From contig NC_068983.1 of assembly GCF_001194135.2 (NCBI RefSeq), positions 156,550,338 through 156,614,337 of the forward strand: 64,000 bases of DNA, read 5' to 3'. A program made the translations under genes and the position numbers. The notes below the pieces were generated by a model. The model was not told the origin of the DNA. It saw only the letters and a list, made by a program, of their open reading frames with translations, and ran no database searches. This DNA comes from Octopus bimaculoides. Taxonomy: Eukaryota. This document shows, in pieces, positions 39,750 to 50,682 of the stretch. How positions within the stretch are numbered: the stretch's first letter is position 1; each line of letters opens with the position of its first letter.

Positions 39750-41095
39750 TTGACCTATGAAATAAAGCGTTGCAACCGTGAATACTCATTTATGCTCAAG
39801 GGAGTTAACTCCTCCATTATTTCTATTCGTAAATAACATACAGGTCTTGCTTTATTATTTTGTGAATCTAATAGGCATCTCCGCCCCGATAGCGGTAAGC
39901 AAGGATGTGGTTCTAGGGCCAAGAACGTCACAAGCTCGACCACAAATTTGTGAGAGAACGACCGATAGAATAGAATGCCTTTCTCGGCCTGATGAGCAGC
40001 GAAGACTTGATTGGCAGCTGAACACATCAGGTTGAAGCTGGAAAGGTGTTACAGCAGGTGGCATCCCAGAAGAGAATCCTACCAATGAAGAACAGGAAAA
40101 CTGTCATACCGTCAGGCCTTTTACCGTTCCCCAGGTTTCGGGCCGTTGGCTCCAACTGGGAAGTGATGTCTGTGCAGTCTAGGTCAGGCTTTATGACTTC
40201 ATTGGAAGGCATCTAGCCCTATAATGACAATGGATGGAGATAGAAAGAAACCACAATGGATCCCGAGCACTGAGGCGCACAGATATAGAGGTAAAGCCTC
40301 ACAGAAACGAAGATGTGAAGACAGTTGCTATCAAGCTGAGTGTCAATCCAGAGTGATGGCATTGCGTTGAGCAAGACAATGGGGTATGACCGGGAGGACA
40401 ACCTGAAACATATCAGACGGTTCTGGTCAAGTCGGTGCACCAGTACCAGCACTTCCAAGATGCTGCTGCACTGGATTGCGTCCCATTTCTTTGATGGCGC
40501 AGACTGGACATCCACAAAGGGGGGAGGGAGATGGACATCCGCAGGGTAGCAGCCAAACTGGCTTCGTATTTCGTAGGCCACCCCGTACTCCCCCATCACA
40601 GTAGGTTCATTTGTATTGCAGAGAAACCTGTTGTAGACAGAGAAGACACAGTGAGAAATGCTAGCAGGGCCACTGAGACCTCAGACATGGGACCGAGGCT
40701 TATCTGACGGGTAAGGTGGCCTGTTTCGACACAGTTTCGTCAAACCGGGTGTTTCATATCTTTTCAGCGGTCCGTTGTATACAAGCATCGATATCTGTGA
40801 GAAGAGAGGTGTGGCTTCAGCAAGGGGCAGTGTGGAAGGTGTACAGAAGTATCGGCATGGCGAAGCAGTTCGTTAACATGAAGAATGTAGGATGGGCATT
40901 CTTCCTGTTAAGATACAATCTGCTCATCAGAGTTTCGAGCTGGAAAAATCTCGACCTGAGGGTGGAGCAAATGGGGGAGCGGGATTTGCGGCGAAACAAG
41001 GATAAGGATGTCCTCTTTCCGGAAAGTGTCAGATGTGAATGTGAGAGAATTTCTACGACTTCACGAACCCTCCAGTCGCAGCTTTGAGTTCTGCG
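39750..41095 (-). mobile_element. Decayed CRE-like RLE non-LTR retrotransposon (post-RT domain, zinc finger, PD-D endonuclease)
   Basis: AHPTFFMLTNCFAMPILLYTFHTAPC..KQATLPVR..LLNAMPSLWIDTQLDSNCLHIFVSVRL..HPLS..LEPTARNLGNGKRPDGMTVFLFFIGRILFWDATCCNTF..AAHQAEK..LRIEI. The KRPDG..WD.T signature is typical of CRE-like elements. Confidence 0.75.
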
Positions 41096-42239
41096 CTTCT
41101 TCGCACGTAATTGTTTGACTTTTTCAAACTGCTTAATTTTTGTCCGGTTTTGACCATACAGAGTTTTTTCTTCCTTTTGTTACAGCATAGTATTCTGTAG
41201 CTTAATTTTTAGCTTTTACGTGACCTTTTTCAAATTTCACTCCAAATATGTGTTATTTTACCTTCAAAATTATATTTCTTTGATTACTTAAAGATAGAAA
41301 ACTGTATTTAGTACGAATTTCTAGCTCTTTACATCGGTTTACATTAGTCTTATGGTAGATATTTTATATTAGGTTTCCTGTATCTTAAGAACTCATATTC
41401 TCTGTATTCGTCGTAACTATATTATTTCTATGCCAGATGGTGTGTGGTTTATAGATATATAGTCTAGTCTAGCTAAATTTATTTAGCGTCCAGTTGATAA
41501 TAGCATAACTATAAAATGGTACTGAGACAGCCTGTGTGGCGGCAATATCTGTGACTTTAATGATTGCAGTTAGCTCCGTTCTGAATATTAATCTAATGCG
41601 ATTAAATATTATTTTTGAAACTTTTTCATTCGTGTACGTTGTACATCGTCTAGTTAATTTATTCCTAAATACTTTTAAGTCTACGCAAGGTCTACTCTTC
41701 TTATCTTTGTTTTAAAATATTATGGCATTACTGTTCTGAAATATTTCTCCTCTGCCGAAGTTAGTTTGCCGAAGTTAGTTTGTCGAATTTTTTGGATCCC
41801 AACCTGATAGAAATTCCAGTAAACCATTTTTTTTGTATATGATGCTCTTTCTAGTTTAGCATTTTCAGTGTACAGGCTGAGATCATCTATATAAAGAATG
41901 ATAGCTTATTCACACATAGCATTTGCATCCCAGATCATACTGATTGCTGCCATGTATAGCAAGAGTGATGGCAGAAAAAGTAGAAAGAGGTGGGCATTTT
42001 ATGTGCGTATGTATGTGTGAATGTGCGAGTTCTTCAATTATTCTTCTATTGAAAATAAGATTAATTATCATAAAACTTCGTCTTTGCTGCCTTATGAACT
42101 TTTTACTTTTATGCAGCAATCTTGGAACGAATATCCTTAATAGACTAATGCTTTGTTGTCTACGTATTTGACGTGATGAAGACAAAACAGGAGACGCAAT
42201 GGAAGATGATATTTCTTTCGTAGGGCATATATACATACA

Positions 42240-42289
<50 letters not shown>

Positions 42290-42792
42290 TAAAAATATAA
42301 ATGGGACTTAATATCTACAACAGATGTTTCGGTAGAAATACATACATACATTCAGTTAGCAGTGAAGTTACTGGTATTATTTACCGTATTTTTTAGACGT
42401 GCAATTTACATAAGGACACCACATTTTAGGAACTGCGTGTCCCCTCAATTGCTCAGTCTGATAGCAATATTTTTGCACTTTGACGCTGTATGCAACTAGC
42501 TTTTTTAGTTTGCCCTTGTTCAACAAATGGTTAAATTCATGGCATTTCTTCGCAAGTTTGCGAGTCTTTAATCTCAACGTCACGAAAGCAGTTTGATAAA
42601 CCAGGCTATCACGAAGGTACTGTGACAACACATACATGTTATAATCTATAATAGACCTTTATTTGAACACGTGGACTGATCACAAACAAACAGGATTAAG
42701 CAGTAATTTTAATAACCTGATGTAGAAATAGAGACAGTATACTTTAAGTCGTACTTTGTCAGCCTGGTACAACATTCAGAGCACCTACACTA

Positions 42793-43525
42793 TACATAAT
42801 TTTTGTTTAGGTTATTTCTATAGATATTCTAAAGCACTGATCTTTGCTAAAACGTTTCGTATCGAGACGTCAGATGTAAACAGGCAATGTTATCGAAGAC
42901 AAAAGTATATTTGCTATATTTCGGGTTTTGCTGCCCCTTCTTTAGCACTCATCTAACCCATTGTCGCCTCCGAACACATTGCTTATATAGGCACAGCATA
43001 CAGCGGTGTTAAGTTATTGGCTATACCAGTTTACATATTAAACAAAATATTGTAGCAAAGATCAGTGCTGCTTATGAGTTCTATAGGATATCTGTAGAAA
43101 TAACCTAAACAAAATAATGTAAGAGCGCAGCTGATGCAACAGAACGTGGCACTGACCAATGAAAGCGTTTAGTTACAAATCTTCAATGTCTACATATCAG
43201 CCCCAGGAATGCGTCTAATATGTAAATTGGTATATCCAATGACTTAATACCGTTGTATGCGGTGGCTATATAAGCAATGTTTTCGGAAGCAATAGTGAGT
43301 TAAATGAGTACTGAAGAATGAGTAACAACTCCTGAAATATGATATATACACTCATTACCCACTTTTGCCTTCGATCACATTGTCTGCTTACATCTGACGT
43401 TTCGATACGAAACATTGTAGCAAAAGTCAGTGCTGGCTATAAATTCTATAGAATATCTTAAGAAAATAATGTAAGAGCAATGATGGCGCAATAGAACATG
43501 ATACTGACTTATGAAAACATTTAGT
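42793..43525. repeat. Nested inverted/direct repeat complex (~250-bp arms)
   Basis: 42793-43040 is the reverse complement of about 43216-43472. The spacer 43044-43172 holds a third partial copy co-oriented with the right arm. Confidence 0.85.
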
Positions 43526-43769
43526 ATACCTTATGATATATTGTGTTTGCATAACGAAGTACTACGCACCTATAAATCTTTAAGTATACATAATTTGCGA
43601 ATGGAAACTATTGATTCACTATGTTATATGAAATTCACTAGGACTAGGTGATCGTTTCTATATATCTTACTGGAATATGACTGGCGCTTTTGCTTCTTTC
43701 TAGATTTATAAATGCACGAAGTGGGAGTAGAGAAGGAATATGCTAAATGAGTGTGGAACAAGAGGCACC

Positions 43770-44091
43770 TATATTGCTAGAAACAAGAAACAATGATCCT
43801 TATAACAACAAAGCACACATTATTTATGTACTGACAGGAGAGATAACCGTCCCTCAGCGAGGGCAGTCACTGTACTAGCAAGCTAGTTTTGCTTAGAATG
43901 ATTAAGCTAAATCCTACTTGTCAGTATCTAGGGTTGGAGTGATCAATATTCATGAGCTTCAAAACCAGGCGAAACTAGCTTGCTAGTATAGTAACCTAGC
44001 TGCTGTGAGGCGGTTATCTCCCCTGTCAATACAAAGACAATATGCTATTTGTGGTCATAACGGTCTTTGACTCTTGCTTACTAGAAATATA
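43770..44091. mobile_element. Fold-back/MITE-like element with ~120-bp imperfect TIRs and possible TA TSD
   Basis: 43771-43895 aligns to the reverse complement of 43965-44090; tactagcaagctagttt is perfect. Ends are TA|TATTGCTAG ... CTAGAAATA|TA. Confidence 0.65.
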
Positions 44092-44139
44092 CATGCTGCC
44101 CTGCGCCCTCAGTCAATATTAGTGAGAATCGAATTTATA

Positions 44140-44157
44140 TATATATATATATATAGG

Positions 44158-44205
<48 letters not shown>

Positions 44206-44292
44206 AAGAGAGAAAGAGAGAGAGAGAGAGAAAGAAAGAGAGAGAAAGAGAGAGAGAGAAAGAGAGAGAGAGAGAGGGAGAAGGAGAGAGAA

Positions 44293-44325
<33 letters not shown>

Positions 44326-44329
44326 AAGA
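44140..44329. repeat. (TA)n(GA)n/(GAAA) microsatellite before a gap
   Basis: Directly visible; source of the poly-ER ORF. Confidence 0.95.
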
Positions 44330-45049
44330 NNNNNNNNNNNNNNNNNNNNNNNNNNNNNNNNNNNNNNNNNNNNNNNNNNNNNNNNNNNNNNNNNNNNNNN
44401 NNNNNNNNNNNNNNNNNNNNNNNNNNNNNNNNNNNNNNNNNNNNNNNNNNNNNNNNNNNNNNNNNNNNNNNNNNNNNNNNNNNNNNNNNNNNNNNNNNNN
44501 NNNNNNNNNNNNNNNNNNNNNNNNNNNNNNNNNNNNNNNNNNNNNNNNNNNNNNNNNNNNNNNNNNNNNNNNNNNNNNNNNNNNNNNNNNNNNNNNNNNN
44601 NNNNNNNNNNNNNNNNNNNNNNNNNNNNNNNNNNNNNNNNNNNNNNNNNNNNNNNNNNNNNNNNNNNNNNNNNNNNNNNNNNNNNNNNNNNNNNNNNNNN
44701 NNNNNNNNNNNNNNNNNNNNNNNNNNNNNNNNNNNNNNNNNNNNNNNNNNNNNNNNNNNNNNNNNNNNNNNNNNNNNNNNNNNNNNNNNNNNNNNNNNNN
44801 NNNNNNNNNNNNNNNNNNNNNNNNNNNNNNNNNNNNNNNNNNNNNNNNNNNNNNNNNNNNNNNNNNNNNNNNNNNNNNNNNNNNNNNNNNNNNNNNNNNN
44901 NNNNNNNNNNNNNNNNNNNNNNNNNNNNNNNNNNNNNNNNNNNNNNNNNNNNNNNNNNNNNNNNNNNNNNNNNNNNNNNNNNNNNNNNNNNNNNNNNNNN
45001 TATATATATATATGTATGTATGTATGTATGTATATATTTATGAGTTTGC

Positions 45050-45245
45050 CTTTGTCTCTGTGTTTGTCCCTCATACCATCGCTTGACAACCGAAGTTGCC
45101 TTGTTTACATCCCTGTAAATTAGCGGTTCAGCAGAAGTGATCGATAGAATAAGTACCAGGCTTACAAAGAATAAGTTCAGGGGTCGATTTCTTCGATTAA
45201 AAAGCAGTGCTGTAGCATGGCCCCAGTCAAATGACTGAAACAATT
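45050..45245 (+). mobile_element. SINE family 2, 3' part (head probably in the gap)
   Basis: tgtttgtcc..gcttgacaaccg..ttagcggttc..gataagtaccaggctt..ggggtcgatt..gcatggcc..gactgaaacaa matches the 3' parts at 60040-60178 and 37621-37760 (reverse). Confidence 0.75.
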
Positions 45246-45733
45246 CAAAAAATGAAAGAATATATACACGTACATTCGTATATTCTAAATTTCTGACGTA
45301 ATTTGATAGTAAATGCTCCGCCTAACCATACTTATACCGTCTGATGTAGTTGTATATCTTATTCAAGAGAGTAAGTACTAACTGGAAAATTTGTTACCCT
45401 ATGTTTATATCTCTTACTTAGAAATTCTTTATAACTTCATCTCGTTTATTGTAAGATATTAGTTAATCTAGCGTATGACTTCATAGTTCCCATTTGTTTT
45501 TACTTTATATCTATTATCTATTACTCGTTATTTATTATTTATTATATCTCATTTATTCAAGTGTCGCTAGTCGCTACATTTGATTTTATTTCTTCCTATA
45601 CTGTAGTTATATCTACTCATTATATAATGTGGTTGTGCAGATATAATTTACCATCTATGCACGTGCGTATTTGGAAAAATTATTCCTGAGTGTGTATGTA
45701 GAGGTATGTGCACATGTATGTGTGTATGCGTAC

Positions 45734-45788
<55 letters not shown>

Positions 45789-45865
45789 CATACATACATG
45801 CATGCATGCATACGCACACATATATAGATACACACATACAGACACTAAAGTGAACACATTAATCA

Positions 45866-46083
45866 GCCCCAGTATTGCTAGAAATAAGAATGAAAGCAAC
45901 TCAATAGCAACAAATGATCTATGATCTATCTTAATGAGCTGACAAAGGAGACAAGCTCCCTATTGTCGCAGATATGGCTGTATCTGCGACCATAGGGAGC
46001 TTGTCTGCCTTGTTAGCTCATTAAGATAGTGCTTTTGTAGGAAATTGAGTTGTTTTGTCTCTTATTTCTAGCAATACCTGGGC
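45866..46083. other. 218-nt fold-back with a near-perfect 50-bp inner stem
   Basis: Inner arms 45926-45975 / 45980-46029 (45 WC pairs, 2 G-T, 3 mismatches, loop ggct). Outer arms 45866-45888 / 46061-46083 (21/23). Confidence 0.9.
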
Positions 46084-46235
46084 ACATCGACATTTGCGCC
46101 AATAACAAAAGTTCAAGCTTCATAATTTTTCCCTTCTATCAATTCATGAACGATACGACCTGTAGTCAACGAATTAGTTAAGAGTCTGTCTTTATTACAA
46201 AATACAGACCCCTTTTGAACGCATCTACAACAAGT
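46075..46235 (+). mobile_element. Penelope-like GIY-YIG C-terminal fragment
   Basis: HIDICANNKSSSFIIFPFYQFMNDTTCSQRIS*ESVFITKYRPLLN parallels the end of the PLE at about 17470-17610 (IFPF..E..FI..PKLN). Confidence 0.65.
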
Positions 46236-46279
46236 GACATATCCACCACGACCTGAGAATTACACATACTCAAATATTA

Positions 46280-46733
46280 AAAATGACACATTCAAATAAG
46301 ATACCCAAGAAGTCATTAAAAACAGTCCCAATCACTGCTATAATCCATAACGAGCCACTTTTAGGTCGCTTGACCATTTAACATCCTACTGCTATCCTAC
46401 CATCTTGCATTCTCTTATTATTCTTTCTCTTCTTCTCCGTCTCCTTCTTTTGTGTGTTCTTCTTCCTCTCCGCCACCTCCTTCCTTACTTTACTACTACT
46501 GCTGTTTAGAATAACACCTACGCAAATATCATAAACAATACATTCAAAAGACATATCTCAAGAATTCAATCACTACAATCATCCACAACGAGCCACTTTC
46601 AGAGCACTTGACCATTTAACATCCTACTACTATCATAGCACTCCCGCATTATTTTCTTCTTCTTCTTCTTCTTCTTCTTCTTCTTCTTCTTCTTCTTCTT
46701 CTTCTTCTTCTTCTTCTTCTTCTTCTTCTTCTT
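46280..46733 (+). repeat. Diverged ~230-bp tandem duplication, each unit ending in a TTC-rich tract
   Basis: caatcact..atcca.aacgagccacttt..cttgaccatttaacatcctact.ctatc occurs at about 46330-46395 and 46567-46635. Confidence 0.8.
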
Positions 46734-47581
46734 NNNNNNNNNNNNNNNNNNNNNNNNNNNNNNNNNNNNNNNNNNNNNNNNNNNNNNNNNNNNNNNNNNN
46801 NNNNNNNNNNNNNNNNNNNNNNNNNNNNNNNNNNNNNNNNNNNNNNNNNNNNNNNNNNNNNNNNNNNNNNNNNNNNNNNNNNNNNNNNNNNNNNNNNNNN
46901 NNNAGAAACAAGGAAAATACCCCTTGTATTTGAATACTATGCAAATATTTATTTAAAATACTTTTCATTTAATTTTTCCAAAATCTAATTGTTTTCCATA
47001 CTTACAGTTGAAAAATTCTCATTGACCGAAACCGGTACTGAAATGATTTTAGAAAATTATTTTAGCATTTTCTAGCTTGACTTTTTTTCTATATATCAAC
47101 TCGTATGTTCCTTTTCCACCTTCTACATATATGTATATATATATGTATGTGGGGGGGGGGGTGTACGCACATATTTGTAAGCATGTGTACGTGTTAATTA
47201 ATGCTTAGATTTTAAACCATAAACATGGACCCACATACCGAACACGGAAACGTCCGAATGATTGTAGACAGAACTAACTTTAAAAATGTAAGTACCTATA
47301 TATGTATGCGAACAAGACCATCCATTTCAGGTTCAATCTTTAAGTCATCATTAAGTCATCCGTATATAGCAGGTGATTCAATTTTTCTCTACTTTTCAAG
47401 CCGTAACCTGATGTTACTTCCAGTCATATCTACGTCAGAGGTATCATACAAATCACAAACAGCAGTGGTAACAGAGACTTCCTCCCTGAAATATTAACTC
47501 TTTATTCTAATATTTCATTGAGCTCCTGATAAAATTCAAAGTGTTACTATTATTATTGTTATTATCATTATTATTATTATT

Positions 47582-48082
47582 GAGTGAGATAGCAGTGCAT
47601 GCTATCAACGTGACACTGGGGTAAAATATATGAAGCCCATTATACCCATCATGACTACCCGTCTGATAAGGGTACACCAGGCGCATGCATCACAACCATA
47701 TCATAACCACCTCGCAGGTGGGGCTCAGTTATAATTTTCTTCAGGTCGAGTAGCCCATCCCGCTCAAAAGTTCCCTGAATAAGTTTTGTTTAAGGATGTT
47801 GAGCAAAACACCTATGTTTCCAAAAGTGAATTTTTCAAACCGCGAAGAATTCCTCTCAACACTTGGCTATGAAACTCACCCACTATTTCTACTCATGATC
47901 AGAGATGCACATATCGTCAGCCAACAAGGGACGTGCTCAACTGGTTAAGGTCAAAGAACTGACAAGCAAATCTGTGGTATTGAGCAGAATATTTGCTGTA
48001 GCCAATCGTTTATATCAAGACAAAAGAATGTACATGATAACACTTCCAATCAATTAAGATCAGAAGCCATGAGAGCCACTGC
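47582..48082 (-). mobile_element. ~500-bp non-coding interspersed repeat ending in (AAT)n on the minus strand; class unknown
   Basis: No ORF. Minus strand ends ..cactgctatctcactc-aataataat. Abuts an R4/Dong-like fragment with an abrupt junction. It resembles a high-copy octopus repeat I recall, which is unverified. Confidence 0.5.
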
Positions 48083-48835
48083 ATTTACACCCATATCTTT
48101 CGCGGCATATTGCAGCAGGTATTCATCACTATTTATCAAATACTCGACAAGAGTTCTCCTTTCACTCCTTGTTCAGTAGTCTACGCTAATTTATCCTCTG
48201 CCACCATTCTTTCTTGTTATATACTGTCTGTTTACGTCTGCTTTAGGGTGTAGTGCCCCATGCAGCATCATCAATTTTCTCGTCCTTCTAATCAGTGGTG
48301 ATATTTCCTCCTTAGTCCATTTGAGGATAGACGCACTATATCTGACCACTGCAACTGCCCAGATATTCATTGTAGTAATCAATTTTTTGGTATTCAGGTT
48401 GGATTTGAACACCATCTTCACTCTTTTATGATACGCCTCGGTGACCTTGACTTTCATTTCTCTGTGTAGAATGTCATCCAGCTCTAAAATCCCTAAATAT
48501 CTATACCCAATACCGTCGGGTTCACCCATGGTCTCTCCTGATGGTAACCGTAATCCTCTACAAGATGATTTCTTCCCTCTTTTCCATATTAAGCATTGAG
48601 CATTCGGTAATCCAAAATTCCATACCGATGTCCCTACCACACTTCTGGACTGCTTTGGTTAAGAAATCTGTTTTTCAGATTTCCCAAACAATTTCAGGTC
48701 ATCCATAAACAGAAGATGGTTCAACGATGAGCCTTTCTTCCCACATGGGTAACCCATCTTAACTTCCTTAAAATGTCATTGCTATGAGTATTAGGGCAAT
48801 TACAAATAGTACCGGAGAAAACGAGTTATCTTGGT
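48083..48835 (-). mobile_element. Internal R4/Dong-like RT fragment
   Basis: LNHLLFMDDLKLFGK..YRYLGILELDDILHREMK..NIWAVAVVRYSA..HGALHPKADVNRQYITRKNGGRG. Confidence 0.85.
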
Positions 48836-48846
48836 TACTACCCTTT

Positions 48847-48869
48847 TAATATTTTTATTATTATTATTG

Positions 48870-48934
<65 letters not shown>

Positions 48935-48952
48935 TTTATCATCATCATCATC

Positions 48953-49004
<52 letters not shown>

Positions 49005-49005
49005 T
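48847..49005. repeat. Compound (ATT)n(ATC)n(AGT)n microsatellite
   Basis: Directly visible. Confidence 0.95.
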
Positions 49006-49774
49006 AAATAAGAAATCATTAACAAAATTGAGATAAGAAAGTAGCAAGAAATCATTATTTATTGCTGGTTTATTATATTTGCGTACTTTACCCACCCACT
49101 CTCATTTGTCGTAGTATCTTGGGAATTTAGTTCAATTCTGTGTGATGACACCGACTAATTCACTTCTCAGAAAACATTATTGATGAGACACCGACACCAA
49201 TTCAATCAGCAGGGTGTACAACACACACACACACACTCAAACACAGTACACACTCAAACACAATACACACTGAAACCCACAGAAACACACGCACGCACAA
49301 ATATTGAAAGAGTCGAGTACATCCGTTTGGTGTGTATGTGTGTGCGTGAGATAGACAGTCGAGTAGTTACTTTCCTTTTATTTTAGAGGAAAATCACAAA
49401 ACGTTTGGCTAATCATCACGTAATCTTGGTCGCAGTTATCTTGAAAATAAATTGTTTTCGCATAGTGTTTGTATTCATGAAGCCTAACCTTCAGTTCGTC
49501 ATAATACAGGACTCTAAAAATAGGTAACAGACTGGTACAAAACTCAATTTTGTATGGTCGACTGATACCCTTCAAGGTAGTACTCCAGCATGACCGCATC
49601 TCAACTTCTAAACAAAAACGAATAATACACAAGCACTACGTACACACACACATATCCAAATGCATATTAGATATATAGATACATAGACACATACGCATAC
49701 ATTACACACATTTACATATATACACACACACACATATATGTATGTATATATATATATATATATTTATATGTATG

Positions 49775-49857
<83 letters not shown>

Positions 49858-50525
49858 ATGTATGTATACATGCATATGTCAATGTTTATGTGTTTATTGG
49901 CATTTAGAAGTCTCACAAGAGTAGAAATCAATACGAGAAACCTAATGACCCATTCGTTAAAATTCAAAGTGATTTGTCTTATAAAGAGCACTTACCATTC
50001 CTCAGCTGCTGCTAACCAATTCAAATTTATATTGTAAAAAAAATATTGACCGTTATAAAAAATTATTTATAGTATTTCTTTTTCTTTTTCTGTTGTGAAT
50101 GCGTGAACTGAGGCCGTGCTGGGGATCGCCGTCAAGCGTTTTAGTTACTAACATTAATACAGCTACTCTGTCGGGTAAACCATTTTACTTGTCACTCTCA
50201 GTGAATGGTTGGGTTGAACTATGACCCTTTTTTAGAGAATGCCAGCCCTTAGCCGATAACTGCCAAAATGAATTTACATCGCCTTTACACTGGTATTACG
50301 CACTCATAGACACACACATACACTCATATATAGAATCGCACATGCACGCACTCATACACCCGTACTTGCAGACGTATACGCATGCTGACTGCAACTCTAT
50401 TTTCATCAATAAAATCGCTTCGTTCCTCTCTTAAGCATGAACAACACATAAACATACATATATACAGGCATGTGTGTGTGTGCGCTCGCGCAATTGTATG
50501 CATGTATTTATGTATGTATGTATAG

Positions 50526-50682
50526 ACGCAAGAGTGACTGTGTGGTAAGGAGCTTGCTTTCTAACTACATAGTTTAGGGTTCACTCTCACTGCGTGACAC
50601 CTTGGACAACTGTCTTCTACTATAGCCTCGAGTAGACCAAAGCTTTCTGAATGTATTTGGTAGACAGAAACTAAAAAGAGCC
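50526..50682 (+). mobile_element. SINE family 2, tRNA-derived head
   Basis: gagtgactgtgtggtaagg (A-box-like), gggttcactctc (B-box-like), then ctgcgtgacaccttggacaactgtcttctactatagcc. Confidence 0.7.

Noticed and set aside
43390-43435. Hammerhead-like core CTGACG...CGAAAC (also at 42850-42875 on the minus strand and weak look-alikes at about 17720 and 18010)
   Set aside because: The conserved A9 is missing and I could not form stems I and III by eye. It would need a covariance-model hit on the family consensus.
50526-50600. tRNA-like A/B-box sequence (also at 4381-4597, 37880-37952 and 59872-59930)
   Set aside because: No cloverleaf or anticodon arm can be formed, and it continues into SINE body sequence, so these are SINE heads rather than tRNA genes.
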